A stretch of DNA of 20,000 bases, taken from assembly GCA_013265495.1 (NCBI GenBank), contig MU058213.1, positions 4,760,540 through 4,780,539 on the forward strand, given 5' to 3'. The notes beneath the pieces are model-generated. The model saw only the letters and a list, made by a program, of their open reading frames with translations, was not told where the DNA came from and did no database searches. This DNA comes from Vicugna vicugna. Its lineage: Eukaryota. This document shows, piece by piece, positions 1-9,987 of this stretch (position 1 is the first letter of the stretch; each line of letters opens with the position of its first letter). Position numbers and translations under genes: made by a program.

Positions 1-342
1 GTCAGGCTGAGTCCCTGCTGAGTGGGAGGTAGGGGCGTCTGCGGGAGAGGGTGAGCCCAAGCTTGAGGGGAGCTAAGCGGGTCTGGCATGGAGATGGTGA
101 CATGAAAGGAGTGCCCGGCCTTGGCAGACACACTTGGGTTTAGGTGATGCGATTTGTGGTGGGACTTGCCCCCCCCCATGTTGTGACTTCGCTTATCAAC
201 AGTGAGGTTCACGAGGCAGTGAGGGAGGAGAATGTGTGATGGTTGTCCCTGCTCACGGTGGGGCAGAGTCTCCCCTGAAGACTAGGGTCTTGGGTTCGGG
301 GTTTGACCACACGCAGGGTTTGGGGTGAAGTAAGCAAGACCA

Positions 343-523
343 GCAAGTCCCCCGTGAAGCAGCGGCTCATAAAGGCCACCAGCAGAGGTGACAGAGCATT
401 GCACCGACGTGAAGTGGGGTGGGAAAAACAGACCTGGCCCCTCAGAGCACTGAAAGTGAGATCAGTTTCCCTTTTCTCCCTCAAATTAAATCAACTTTGG
501 AAAAGCTGAGGTAGTCAAATCAA
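343..523 (+). repeat. Left arm of exon-flanking inverted repeat (partner 1858-2039)
   Basis: Manual alignment to the reverse complement of 1858-2039 gives 112/159 identities without gaps over 345-503, then one 1-nt gap and about 20 more nt with 3 mismatches. Confidence 0.9.
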
Positions 524-707
524 GGGGAATATGGCCTCTGAGGAGGAAAAGGGGAGAGGCTACAAGGGTCTCAGCCGGTGTCTGTGCGAGGACAGTGGTT
601 GTTGGGGGACAGGCGAGGGAGTGGCCGTCCCTGCGGGTGGCCGAGGTCGAGGTGCAGGGCCACGAGACATCTGTTGCATCTTCACCTCCGCTGTGTTCCT
701 TCTCTAG

Positions 708-920
708 GAGCTCTTACAGGCAAAGCAGGACCTTCAAGATCTGCTCATCACCAAAGAGGAGCAGGAAGACCTCTTGAGAAAGCGAGAGCGTGAACTCACT
801 GCCCTGAAGGGAGCCCTGAAAGAGGAGGTGTCCAGCCACGACCAGGAGATGGACAAGCTGAAGGAACAGTACGACGCGGAGCTGCAGGCCCTGAGGGAGA
901 GCGTGGAGGAGGCCACCAAG
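708..920 (+). CDS. CGNL1: Internal coding exon of cingulin-like protein 1 (paracingulin/JACOP), coiled-coil rod; 71 codons, phase 0-0
   Basis: Acceptor ctgtgttccttctctAG ends at 707 and donor AAG|GTGAGT starts at 921. The 213 nt translate to [87 protein letters not shown] is the cingulin-family motif, and the flanks match CGNL1 as I recall it. No other exon was recognised in the window. Confidence 0.93.
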
Positions 921-927
921 GTGAGTC

Positions 928-950
928 GGGAGGGGTGGGGGAGGGGCGGG
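928..950 (+). promoter_or_regulatory. G-run cluster just downstream of the 5' splice site (candidate hnRNP F/H intronic enhancer / RNA G-quadruplex)
   Basis: GGGaGGGGtGGGGGaGGGGcGGG: five G-tracts with 1-nt loops starting at intron position +8. Confidence 0.55.
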
Positions 951-1857
951 AGCATCTGGCTTGGGTGCAGGGGATGGGCAGGACCACCTCTTCCACACCA
1001 GGGCCAGTTGTTTACCTTCCTCTTCATGACAGAGTGAAACTCAGTTTCACCAGGTCATTGATCCAGACCTTGTTCACAAAGGGTAAGCTCAGCAGTTCTG
1101 CTGTTGACCATTTTAAGTCGATAAACTTAAAGGTTGTTAAGGACACTGGTTAAAAGCTCTTGCACGCGGTGAGTCTTAGAGGCCCAGGAGTGAGCCCCTC
1201 CAGGATTCCTAAAGGTCAGAGGCCTAGAGCTTTGTGTGACTTTGCTAATGGGGCTGGATGGTAGACAGGACCCAGATTTCTGGAATCCTTCACCCTGGCC
1301 TCTGCTTGTTCGTTCTAACTTGTGAAGCCTTTTGTTAGATAATTCAGATGCTTTTCTCAGCAAAATTACAAGAGGGTTAATGGGCTGAATTGCCCAAACC
1401 CTTGCAAGATAATTTTTCTCTTAATTGAATTCTTGGCTCCTACAAATAGATTCTAAATTATGTTGAATCCTTTGGTGTGGGGCTTGGGCTGTTGAAGAAG
1501 AGAAAAGCAGTGTTTTGAAGGGAAAAATGTTTGAAATACCATGCCATCTTTAGGGAAAGAGGGGAATTACAGAGTATAAATTTTTTAGAGTCTCTGCAAT
1601 ATATAGGTTAGAGATGATGAAGAAAGAACTTTCGATATTGTTTGTTTATCCTGTGATGATTACAGTGACAGCTCAGAGCCGGCAGGCCCTCTCTCCCGCA
1701 TGCTCCGCGGTGATTCACTGTTTTTCAATTATGGCATGGTAATTGCAAATGACAAGAAGTGAAAGATGGGTTTGTTTGTTACAACAATAAAATGTCTGGG
1801 AAATAGTCTCTTTGAGGTTATTATAACTGAGACAGTTTTATAAAGAAAAGCCTCTTG

Positions 1858-2039
1858 TTGATTTGCCTATCTTAGCCTTTTTGAGATTTGGTTTAGTTTT
1901 AGGGAGGAAAGTGAAATGGGTGTAATTTTCATTGCTTTGCAGGGACATGTCTGTTTTTTCCATCTAATTTCCCTTCTGTGCAACAGCTTGGCGTCCCTGC
2001 TATTGCCCTTGATGTGCCGTTGCCTCATGGGGGACATGC
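1858..2039 (-). repeat. Right arm of exon-flanking inverted repeat (partner 343-523)
   Basis: Reverse complement gcatgtcccccatgaggcaacggcacatcaaggg...aaaaaacagacatgtccc...gctaagataggcaaatcaa matches left arm gcaagtcccccgtgaagcagcggctcataaaggc...gaaaaacagacctggccc...gctgaggtagtcaaatcaa. Confidence 0.9.
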
Positions 2040-3919
2040 CTACAGGGTACTGAGTAAAGTGATTCTCCTTTGGACCCATCATGTCTTTATCACCTTCAGA
2101 CCTTACGTCAAAGCTTGAGTTAACATGGCTTATTCATTGAAGGGTAGTTGAGAATGGTGTTTGGCGTGTTTATAGTGATTTGACTGTGAGGAAAATTAAA
2201 CTTAGGACATACATGGGATGCAGGATATTTTATAGGAAGCTTTAGGTCCTCTGCTGTCTCATGTTAAAAGCAGGAAAGGGAACCATGGTAGGCAAGAGAG
2301 AGTCTTTGTTACATGAAATTGAGATAATCTGTAAAGACTTAAGCTGCTGCATTTTGAGATCTCCTGACTTTTAAGCATTGCTTCAAATTAAAGAATCACA
2401 AAGACCAGGCACAAACCATCTGCAGGTGAACAGCATGTGACCTTTGTCCCTTTGTCCCTGTCCCTAGAACAGGGTCTGATGCAAAGTCACATCTGTGCAG
2501 TGTCTGATGAAAGTAAAGAGAGAACCAGTTCCTCTCTGAACTGGGTTTTCAGTCCCTGCTGTGTGGTTCCTGTTGGATTTTCTCCAGTGATGATGTGGGA
2601 GGTCTTTTAGGAAGCTCTGCTATTACTCTGTGAATTTCTCTGCCTTGCTTTCGTGTTTCCTTGCAGTTTCTTAAACAGGATCATGATTGTGTTTTTACAC
2701 CTTGTTAGCTATTGCTTCTGAAGGTGTTTGCTGAACAAATGTGACAGAATCATATTTAATGGGAAAAAATTTTGTCACTGTAGTGGACAGATGCTGCCTT
2801 TCTGGTGCATTATTTATTTATGTGGGTATTATATAGTAGAATTTTAGGAGTATTATGTTAACTACTTGGAGGAGAGTGAATTAAGTATAATTTTTTAATT
2901 TAGTAAACAGTTTTTCTTAATTTGTTCACTGGCCTTTAACCTTTTCCTGCCCCAGTGGAAGGACTCACCCAGCATTGTGACTAAAAGCTGACATTTCTTT
3001 AAGGAACTACATTATATTCAAAAGTTTATTTCCTCGGTAAGCCTTAGGAGGCGGCTCAACCTCCTGGCATCAGTTTTTCTAATTTTTGCCACTGCCCCAG
3101 GCCAGAAATCCCTAAAGTGCTGTTTTATCACCGTCAGATAAGAAGTATTTCATCCTGGCCTGAGCTTGAGCCCTAAAAGTTTTAAGTTACTAGAACATTT
3201 GGTGAAAAGTATCAGATTATTTTAAGAATATTTTATAAGTATTCCAAACGGATACTCTGTAAAAATGATTTTTGTAGACCCAGACTGCCTCAGCTTTTTA
3301 AGACCAGATTGATTGCTCCACAGAGGAGAACTGATGAGCCCTGTGATGGGGTGGGGGGGCGGTCCCTGTGCAGCAGAGTGAACGCATGACAGTGGTGGTC
3401 TGCTGCGTTTGGGGAGCTGCTTCAGTTCCCTCCCCACAGAGACACGGCTCCTCACTGTCTGCCTGTCACACATTCTTCTAGAGGACTGTTGGGGACTTTT
3501 ACTCATTATTTCGTAGCATAATTTCCCCCGATGTTACATCCTTTTAATACATGCTCTGCAGTTTTGAAAAGGAAATGTCCTCTTTCTCCTTGGGTTTGTG
3601 GCAGTGGCTGGAATGCATGTGGAGAAATGGACAGTCAACAGGGATGTGAACGACTGTCATCTGGAAGTAAAATGAAGACTGTCCACAGCTATCATCCCTA
3701 CCCTTTCCCGTCTCCCACTTTTGTGCAAAAGAGAGATGTAGATAGTGTTCAGTGTTTTCAGATTTCTCAGCATCGGCTCAGCTCGAATTCCAGCTCCTCC
3801 AAGAACTTCCCTGGTTGCTTCCTGGACCTTACAGTTTCCATGGACCTGGTATTGCTGGAAATTTTGTTCTTGGTTTTATCTTCCCTGTCATGCCAAGGAC
3901 TGTGAGTCATCATTTTCCA

Positions 3920-3990
3920 CTCAGCATCTCCAGTGTGCTTGGCGCTTAATAGGTGTTCAGTAAACATATGTGGTAGAGGAATGAGTAGAC
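3920..3990 (+). mobile_element. L2 LINE 3' end fragment
   Basis: cagtgtgcttggcgcttaataggtgttcagtaaacatatgtggtagaggaatgag resembles the L2 3' terminus (cagtgcctggcacatagtaggcgctcaataaatatttgttgaatgaa). Confidence 0.6.
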
Positions 3991-4359
3991 AAAGGGGAGA
4001 TGCCTTTGAGTCTTGACAGTCCCATTAGAATGTTTCAGGGTCTCGTTGATAAATTAAAATTGTTTTTGGTGAAAATGCACGAATCTTGCTTGTTGAGAAA
4101 GATATAATGTTATTATTGATCTTGGAAGGACTGAAATTGAGTCCAAAAGCTGCAGGTATTTTGAGGATGTTAAGAGAGCCACTTTTGTTTTTGTGTTGGG
4201 TAATAGGACTTCTGGGTCATTAGGCACTTTCAGGGTGTCAGCATGTAGCAGTTAGCAACAGATAGCTCTTGAATGAGTGGGTGGAGGGGAAGAGGAGGAT
4301 GAAGTGGGGTAAGATACTCTTACTGTCCTTCACTTCTCCATTTATATTATTTTTATGTA

Positions 4360-4750
4360 CAGCATTTACAGATTTACTTACTGAACAATTGCCAAGTGCA
4401 GGGTACTGTGCTAAGTTCTTCAAGGGTTATGAAGATAAATCAGATAAATCTACCTTGCAGAAGACTGGAAGGAAGACACCTAATACTCAGACTGTTTGCA
4501 GAGAAGGATAAAGTAAATGCCCCAAGTGAAGTAGAGATGAAGTGCTGTAGGAGATGGCGAGGGGCTGGTGGCCACCAGAAAAGATTTCATGAAGGGGGCA
4601 GTGTTGAGGTGGGGCTGTGAAAGGTGGGTGGTATTTGGTACACTGGGGATACTGAGTACTGCATAAACAACACCTTGTTAGGTGGGAAAGCAAGATGTGT
4701 GTCTGGGCTGGAGCCTTGTGGAGCAGTAGATGTTAAGGTGGTTACAGATT
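4360..4750 (-). mobile_element. L2 LINE, 3' part (continues at ~5560)
   Basis: tttacttactgaacaattgccaagtgcagggtactgtgctaag...gatttcatgaagggggcagtgttgaggtggggctgtgaaagg is a typical antisense L2 pattern. Boundaries are approximate. Confidence 0.6.
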
Positions 4751-4754
4751 AAAA

Positions 4755-5510
4755 GAGACTGTAAGAGTCAGGGACCCTGATCAAAAGCAGGAACCACGTT
4801 TGGAATCCCGGTTCAAACAAACCAACTGTAAAAGACAAAAAAAAAAATTGGGGACAATATTGGGGAAAAACAGTAAAATCATCGGGGTTATTTAAATGCT
4901 GGCTCTGTATTTAATGATATTAATAAATAATATGAACAAAATTTTAAGGGGTGATAATAGTGTTACTGTTTTTAGGAGTATTTATCTTTTAAAGAAACTT
5001 ACTGAAGTGAAATTACAGGTGAAATGATAGGCTATCTGGAATTTACTTTTTTTTGTTTGTTTTTGTTTTATTTTTTATTGGAGTATAATTGATTTACAGT
5101 ATCGTATTAGTTTCAGGTGTACAGCGTAGTGATTCAATATTTTTATAGATTATATTCCATTTAAAGTTACTGTAAAATCCTGGCTCTATTCCCTGTGCTG
5201 TACAACGTATCCTTGTGACTTACTTTATACATAGTAGTGTGTACCTCTTAATCCCCTCTTGCTCCTCCCCCTTTCTCTGTCACTTCTGGTAACCATTAGT
5301 TTGTTATTTATATTTGTAAGTCTGTTCCTGTTGTATGGAATTTACTTTAAAATTTGCTGAGGGGAGACAGTGAGTGAGGGTATGGCTGAAATGAGATTAG
5401 CCATGTGATGAGAAGTGTCAGAGCTGGGTGATGGACAAGTAAGACCTACTTGTACTATTCTCTCTACTTTTGCTAATGTTTGAAAATTTTTTATAATAAG
5501 TGGTTTATTT
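4755..5510 (+). mobile_element. Old L1 (L1ME/L1MC-like) 3' UTR, split by a younger L1 at 5050-5335
   Basis: ggttcaaacaaaccaactgtaaaagac...ttacaggtgaaatgataggctatctggaatttacttt // aaaattt...gagctgggtgatgg...tactattctctctacttttg...tgtttgaaaattttttataataa matches old L1M 3' ends. Confidence 0.75.
5050..5335 (-). mobile_element. 5'-truncated artiodactyl-type L1 3' end with 13-bp target site duplication
   Basis: T-rich tail, then ttttattggagtataattgatttacagtatcgtattagtttcaggtgtacagcgtagtgattca. The TSD TGGAATTTACTTT occurs at 5037-5049 and 5336-5348, and the bottom-strand target reads TT|AAAG (L1 endonuclease consensus). Confidence 0.85.
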
Positions 5511-5559
5511 TTTTCTTTTTTTAAAGCTGTTGTTTTTTTAAAGAACAACATAAAAAGAT

Positions 5560-5900
5560 TTAGGATAGAAAAGGTGAGGTAGAGTCAGATTGTAAATACC
5601 CTGATGCCATGGCAGATAAGTGGTTTTTGCTTGGTGAGGGAGCACTCTGAGTTTTTATGAGGGACCTGATGGGGACCTGATTCTGTAGTGGTGTGACCGG
5701 GAGGCGAGAGAAGTGAGAAGTTGGAAGAATGGTGAGGAGAAATGAGCGGACAGGTAGGGGCTGAGGAGAGGCTGGATGCCGGGAGAGATGTGTGATGATC
5801 AGGGCGAGGGAGGAAGGATACACAAAGCCGGGTGGTGCTCCCAGGTGCCTGGAAGGAGGCCTTGCTGGGAAGGGGAAGGTTCCGGCAGGGCCCATGGAGG
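5560..5900 (-). mobile_element. L2 LINE continuation (degenerate)
   Basis: ggtagagtcagattgtaaataccctgatgccatggcagataag...gagcactctgagtttttatgagg resembles the antisense L2 body. The end is uncertain. Confidence 0.45.
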
Positions 5901-6229
5901 GAGGCGGTGAGTGAGAGGCAGCGTGGCCCTGTTGTCGGGTGGGGACGGTGAGGGGTCCATGAGGATGGGGGAGAACCTGCTGGGGGACTGTGACAGGTTG
6001 GACAGAGAGAAGGAGACAGACTTCAGATAGGAGGAGGAGGACCCAGATGCAGGGACGTGAAGAGAAGCAGCCAGCCCAGTAACAGAAGAGCAGGGGAAGA
6101 GCACTGTACTTGCTTTATTAATGATAGATTTGAGAAACTTCTAAAAAGCAGCCTGTTTTGGTCTTACATACTTATATATTGGGTCCCCTTACATTTATAT
6201 GTTCCTACTTTGTAGTGTAAGTTCGTTCT

Positions 6230-6358
6230 TTTTTTTAAAAGAAAGTTTTGGTGGGGTGTTTGTTTATTTATGTATGTGTTAATGGAGGAGCTGGGGACTG
6301 AACCAGGACCCCCTGCGTGCTAAGCTCCCACTCTTCCACTGAGCTGTACCCTCCTGCC
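6230..6358 (-). mobile_element. tRNA-derived SINE, camelid Vic-1-like
   Basis: Reverse complement gagggtacagctcagtggaagagtgggagcttagcacgcagggggtcctggttcagtccccagctcctccattaa shows an A box, a B box and an A-rich tail. Degenerate TSD tgtaagttcgttct (6216-6229) / tgtaaagtctttct (6359-6372). Confidence 0.8.
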
Positions 6359-8479
6359 TGTAAAGTCTTTCTAACTTTACACCTGCATTTTATATTCTAT
6401 AACCTTTAGAGAAATAGTGTTCAAGTTCAGTAATATTGAAACTTTCTTCCCCTCCAAAACTGCCCTTAAATTATGGCCTTATGTTTGCGTTTCACCCAAT
6501 AATTTGGAAATGTCACTCAGTCTTATAAAAATGAATATGTGCTTCTGTGCTCCTTTCCCATAGCATGCCTAGATTTTTCTTTCCCTCTTTCCTGCCAGTC
6601 TGTGAGCAATTTCTTTCAAAGTGTAAGGTCAACAGAGGGTCAGATGGTAAAACCAGTGCTAATCTCAGGATCAATGGAATTGCCTCCCTTAAGACAAAGC
6701 TAATTCGGTGTAAAATCTCATTTCTGTCTTCTCCAGGCAAGCCAGGTTAGCAAGGGAAACTGTTTAAAACAAAACAAAAGAAAAACCTTATTTCCTCAGC
6801 TCTTTGATTTCAAATAATCAACTTACTCTGAAGGGCAGCTCTTGAGAGCAGGAGAAGCAGCGAGTTTACAATCAGGTGCCCAAGTAAAGGAAAATGTCTC
6901 TTTTCTGCTAATTCAAGTGTGCCTAGAATGAACTTCCAGACCTTTCTATCAGCAAAAGTAAAATGGGAAAGATTCAAGGTTAAAAAAAAGGTCTTCTTTT
7001 CATTTTTTTTCCTCTCTAGTCCACGCCCCCCCCATGACTCTTAATAATTACATCACTCTTCTATGTTCTGTATTGATTAAAACATAGATAAAGAAGAGGT
7101 CTGGTGTTTACCTACGATGTGATGTTCGTTTTGAACTTTCTGTCAAGGCCCCGGGCATGCCCGCTCCCTGATGGGACTCTGATCCCAGGTGCCTGGGTCC
7201 TGATAAGCCTCTTATGGGCCTTGGTCAACAGTAAACCGGACATCCCGGCACCTCAGCCCTGGTGTTCTAACTGAGCTGTGAAAAGTCACTTGCTGTGGGT
7301 ATAGAAGACAGACTAAGAGTTCTGGACACAGCCATTCATTTTCCATCAAATATTGGAATTTTGTTGTTTTTTTAAACCAATACCGGCCACTAAGGATATG
7401 AGGCAGGCAAACTCTTTCTTCTTATGGGGACAAATGAGCAGTTAAAATGATGATGGAGATACAGGTGCTGTGGTTGAGACATACATGGGGTAGGAGGTCA
7501 GGAGAGGCTTACTGCTTCAGGGGGCAACATTCAGGAGAGAGAGAGCCCATGTGTTCTGTAGCTCCACACCCTGAGTGTCTTTTATGTACCAGATACTCAA
7601 GAATTAGAAAAAGATACTTCCTTTTCCCAGGACCTCTCTTGAGTTTCTGAACATCAGCACATCTTGAACCTGCTGTCTTTGTCCCCTCCTTCTTTTAGCA
7701 AACTCAGAGTTAACATTTAGAATGGCCAGAAAGTTTAGTCGAAGTGCAAGACAAAGAATGTTGACCTGGGGAACGAGTTGAAAATAGATGTCATTTATTT
7801 AAAAAATCAGTTCGATTCCAGTTGTGGTTAAGATTCCCAGGGGGTAGGACCTCATAAAGGGAGATACTTGCGAGGAGGGCCTCTGCCTTTCCCGGGTGGG
7901 GTGACAGCATCCAGGGGGCTCCCCTTGGGGTCTCCTAATGACAGGGGGGTAGGTTGAGCTTCTGCTGTTCTGTGGGGAGCGTCACAGGCAGGAGGAAGGT
8001 GCCTCACACAGGGAGGCCGACCTTGGACAAGTTTTAGTGACGGTTCCTTGAGGCGTCGTGAGTTTCCTTAAGCAGGAGGGTGTTTTCCTGCAGCTCCAGG
8101 GAGAGGGGAGGAGGAAGCAGGGCTTCCAGGTCACCCACGGCACTTGGATGACCTAGAAAGTCACAACGATTTCACATGCAGCGTGAAGAGAAAGTGTGGA
8201 AACTGAATTGGGTTGGAGGAGGAGTGGGCGCCTTGTCCTGGCCTCGGGAAGAGCAGCAGAGCAGCCTGGGCTGTGGGCCATGCTGTCTGCCCCGCGTCTG
8301 ACACAGGCTTTCAGCCCATTCAGGGGTGGGAGCACAGCCCCTTCCCATTCCTCCCCGTAATGAGGAATGACCAGAAGTCGAGGCTTAAATAACTCAAGAT
8401 TTGACGATCAGTAGTCAGCATCAGCTCCTAACTGTTGGGAATGGATGGTTAACATGGTTTTTAGACTCTGTCAATAAGC

Positions 8480-9040
8480 AGTTCATTCATAGTCATTAAT
8501 TAATTAGGCAGATATCCATCAAGCATTTCATTTATGCCAGGCACTGTGCTAGGTTATGGGAATAAAATGGACAAGAGGGGTGAGCCAGACACAGTTCAGT
8601 CAATCATAAATGTGTAATTCAGTTGTGGTAAGCGCTTTGAAATGGAGGGAGGGAGGGAAAGCTCCCTTGAGCAGAATGAGGATGGAGCTCTGAAGGATGA
8701 ATAGGATGGATTTAAAAAAACTCACAGAATGTTCCAGGCAGAGGAAGCACTGTGCGCAAAGGGCTTTTTGGCAGGAGGGAGCGTGGTCTGTTCAAGGTGT
8801 AGAATGAAGGCCAGTGAGGCTGGACTCTGAAGGATGATGGAAAATCTGGTGTCAGAGTGGGTGGAGGGCAGAGTCGAGACCAGCACATGTAGCCTGTGTG
8901 CATCTTAAGGAATATATTCTTTTCCCTCAGAGCAGTGGAAATCATGGAAGGCTTTTAAACAGGGGTGTGTGCGCGCGCATGTGCACGTGGATGTGTGAGT
9001 GAGACATGAGCAGATTCCTCCTGTGGAAAAGAGTCTGCTC
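8480..9040 (-). mobile_element. L2 LINE 3' region
   Basis: ttcattcat...tatgccaggcactgtgctaggttatggg; gaatgttccaggcagaggaagcactgtgcgcaaagggc; gaaggccagtgaggctgga; ggaaatcatggaaggcttttaaacagggg are hallmark antisense L2 blocks. Confidence 0.8.
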
Positions 9041-9987
9041 TGGTCTTTACAAGTAAGATGGAACGCCCTGGGATGGCGTGTTCACACTGTCACCACTGAT
9101 GGAGGCGTGAGCTCTCTGGGGTCTCCTCAGCAATCCAGTTCATTTTTAATGGGGTTATCTCATGCCTCTGTCTTTGCTGAAGGGCAGAAGGGGAAGGGAG
9201 TCGGGGTCATGGAGGGTCCCATTTTGTTTGTGACATTTTGCTCTTTGCCAGTTCTTGGTGTACTGAATTTGTAAACTGTCTGTGAGCAAGTGGATGAGGA
9301 TAATAGGGATCACGGATGAGGGGAGAAGTCTGGTGTGTTGGTGGTGAGGTTTGTAGGAGGAAAGTTTTGTTTTTTGTCTGATAAGGCTGTTCTAATGTCT
9401 TAGCACTAGAAATTTATAGAAGTAGGTAGAATAACCTCATAAGGTGTTTGCCTCTCTCACCATATGGATCGAACATTCTGAGATCTCTGCACCATCCATG
9501 GACACCACCTAGATCCAAAACTGTGAGCAAGGCAGGAGTGGGGACCACTTACTGAGGGCCAGTAACCAGATGGATTTTCAGATGTGGATATGTTCAACCC
9601 ACAGAACTGGGCAGTGTAAGGAGAGAGGCTGTTTTAAATAACCCAGGACAATTGCAGCCACTCTCATACTGCAAATAGTTGAACCTTTACTATCTGAAAG
9701 GAAAACTACGTTAATTTTATTACCAGAAATCCTACTCAAACTGTGTTACACTTTTTCTGATCTTCTGTACTCTTTCTGACCTTCTAAATTCTGCCTGGTG
9801 AATATTTTTTCTAAAGACTTGCCAAGATCATTAAGTAGATTTCTACTTGGTGGAAAAACTTGGCACTATTATTTGATCACTCTTAGCAGAAAATGGAGCA
9901 CGTCATAAGCTCTCAGTCTTAGATAAAAGGCAGCATGGAAAGAGTCATGTCTGCAGTGTCAGAGCAAATCAAGACATGTCGGGCATT

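Noticed and set aside
921..1037. Read-through of ORF 774-1037 beyond EEATK
   Set aside because: There is a canonical GTGAGT donor at 921. The downstream translation is G-rich intron with no coiled-coil character.
303..2082. Two similar small ORFs (303-509 + and 1867-2082 -, sharing LHRRE.W.KQT and SLKLNQ) as a pair of paralogous micropeptide genes
   Set aside because: Nucleotide differences fall about 14/14/19 across codon positions 1/2/3, so there is no real synonymous bias. The left ORF starts at TTG, similarity continues past a frameshift and the stop, and the N-termini are unrelated. The peptide likeness is a by-product of the DNA inverted repeat.
2525..2544. Hairpin CCAGTTC-ctctct-GAACTGG, plus short direct repeats at ~2441-2465 and ~5661-5681
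   Set aside because: All are short enough to be expected by chance or slippage in 20 kb.
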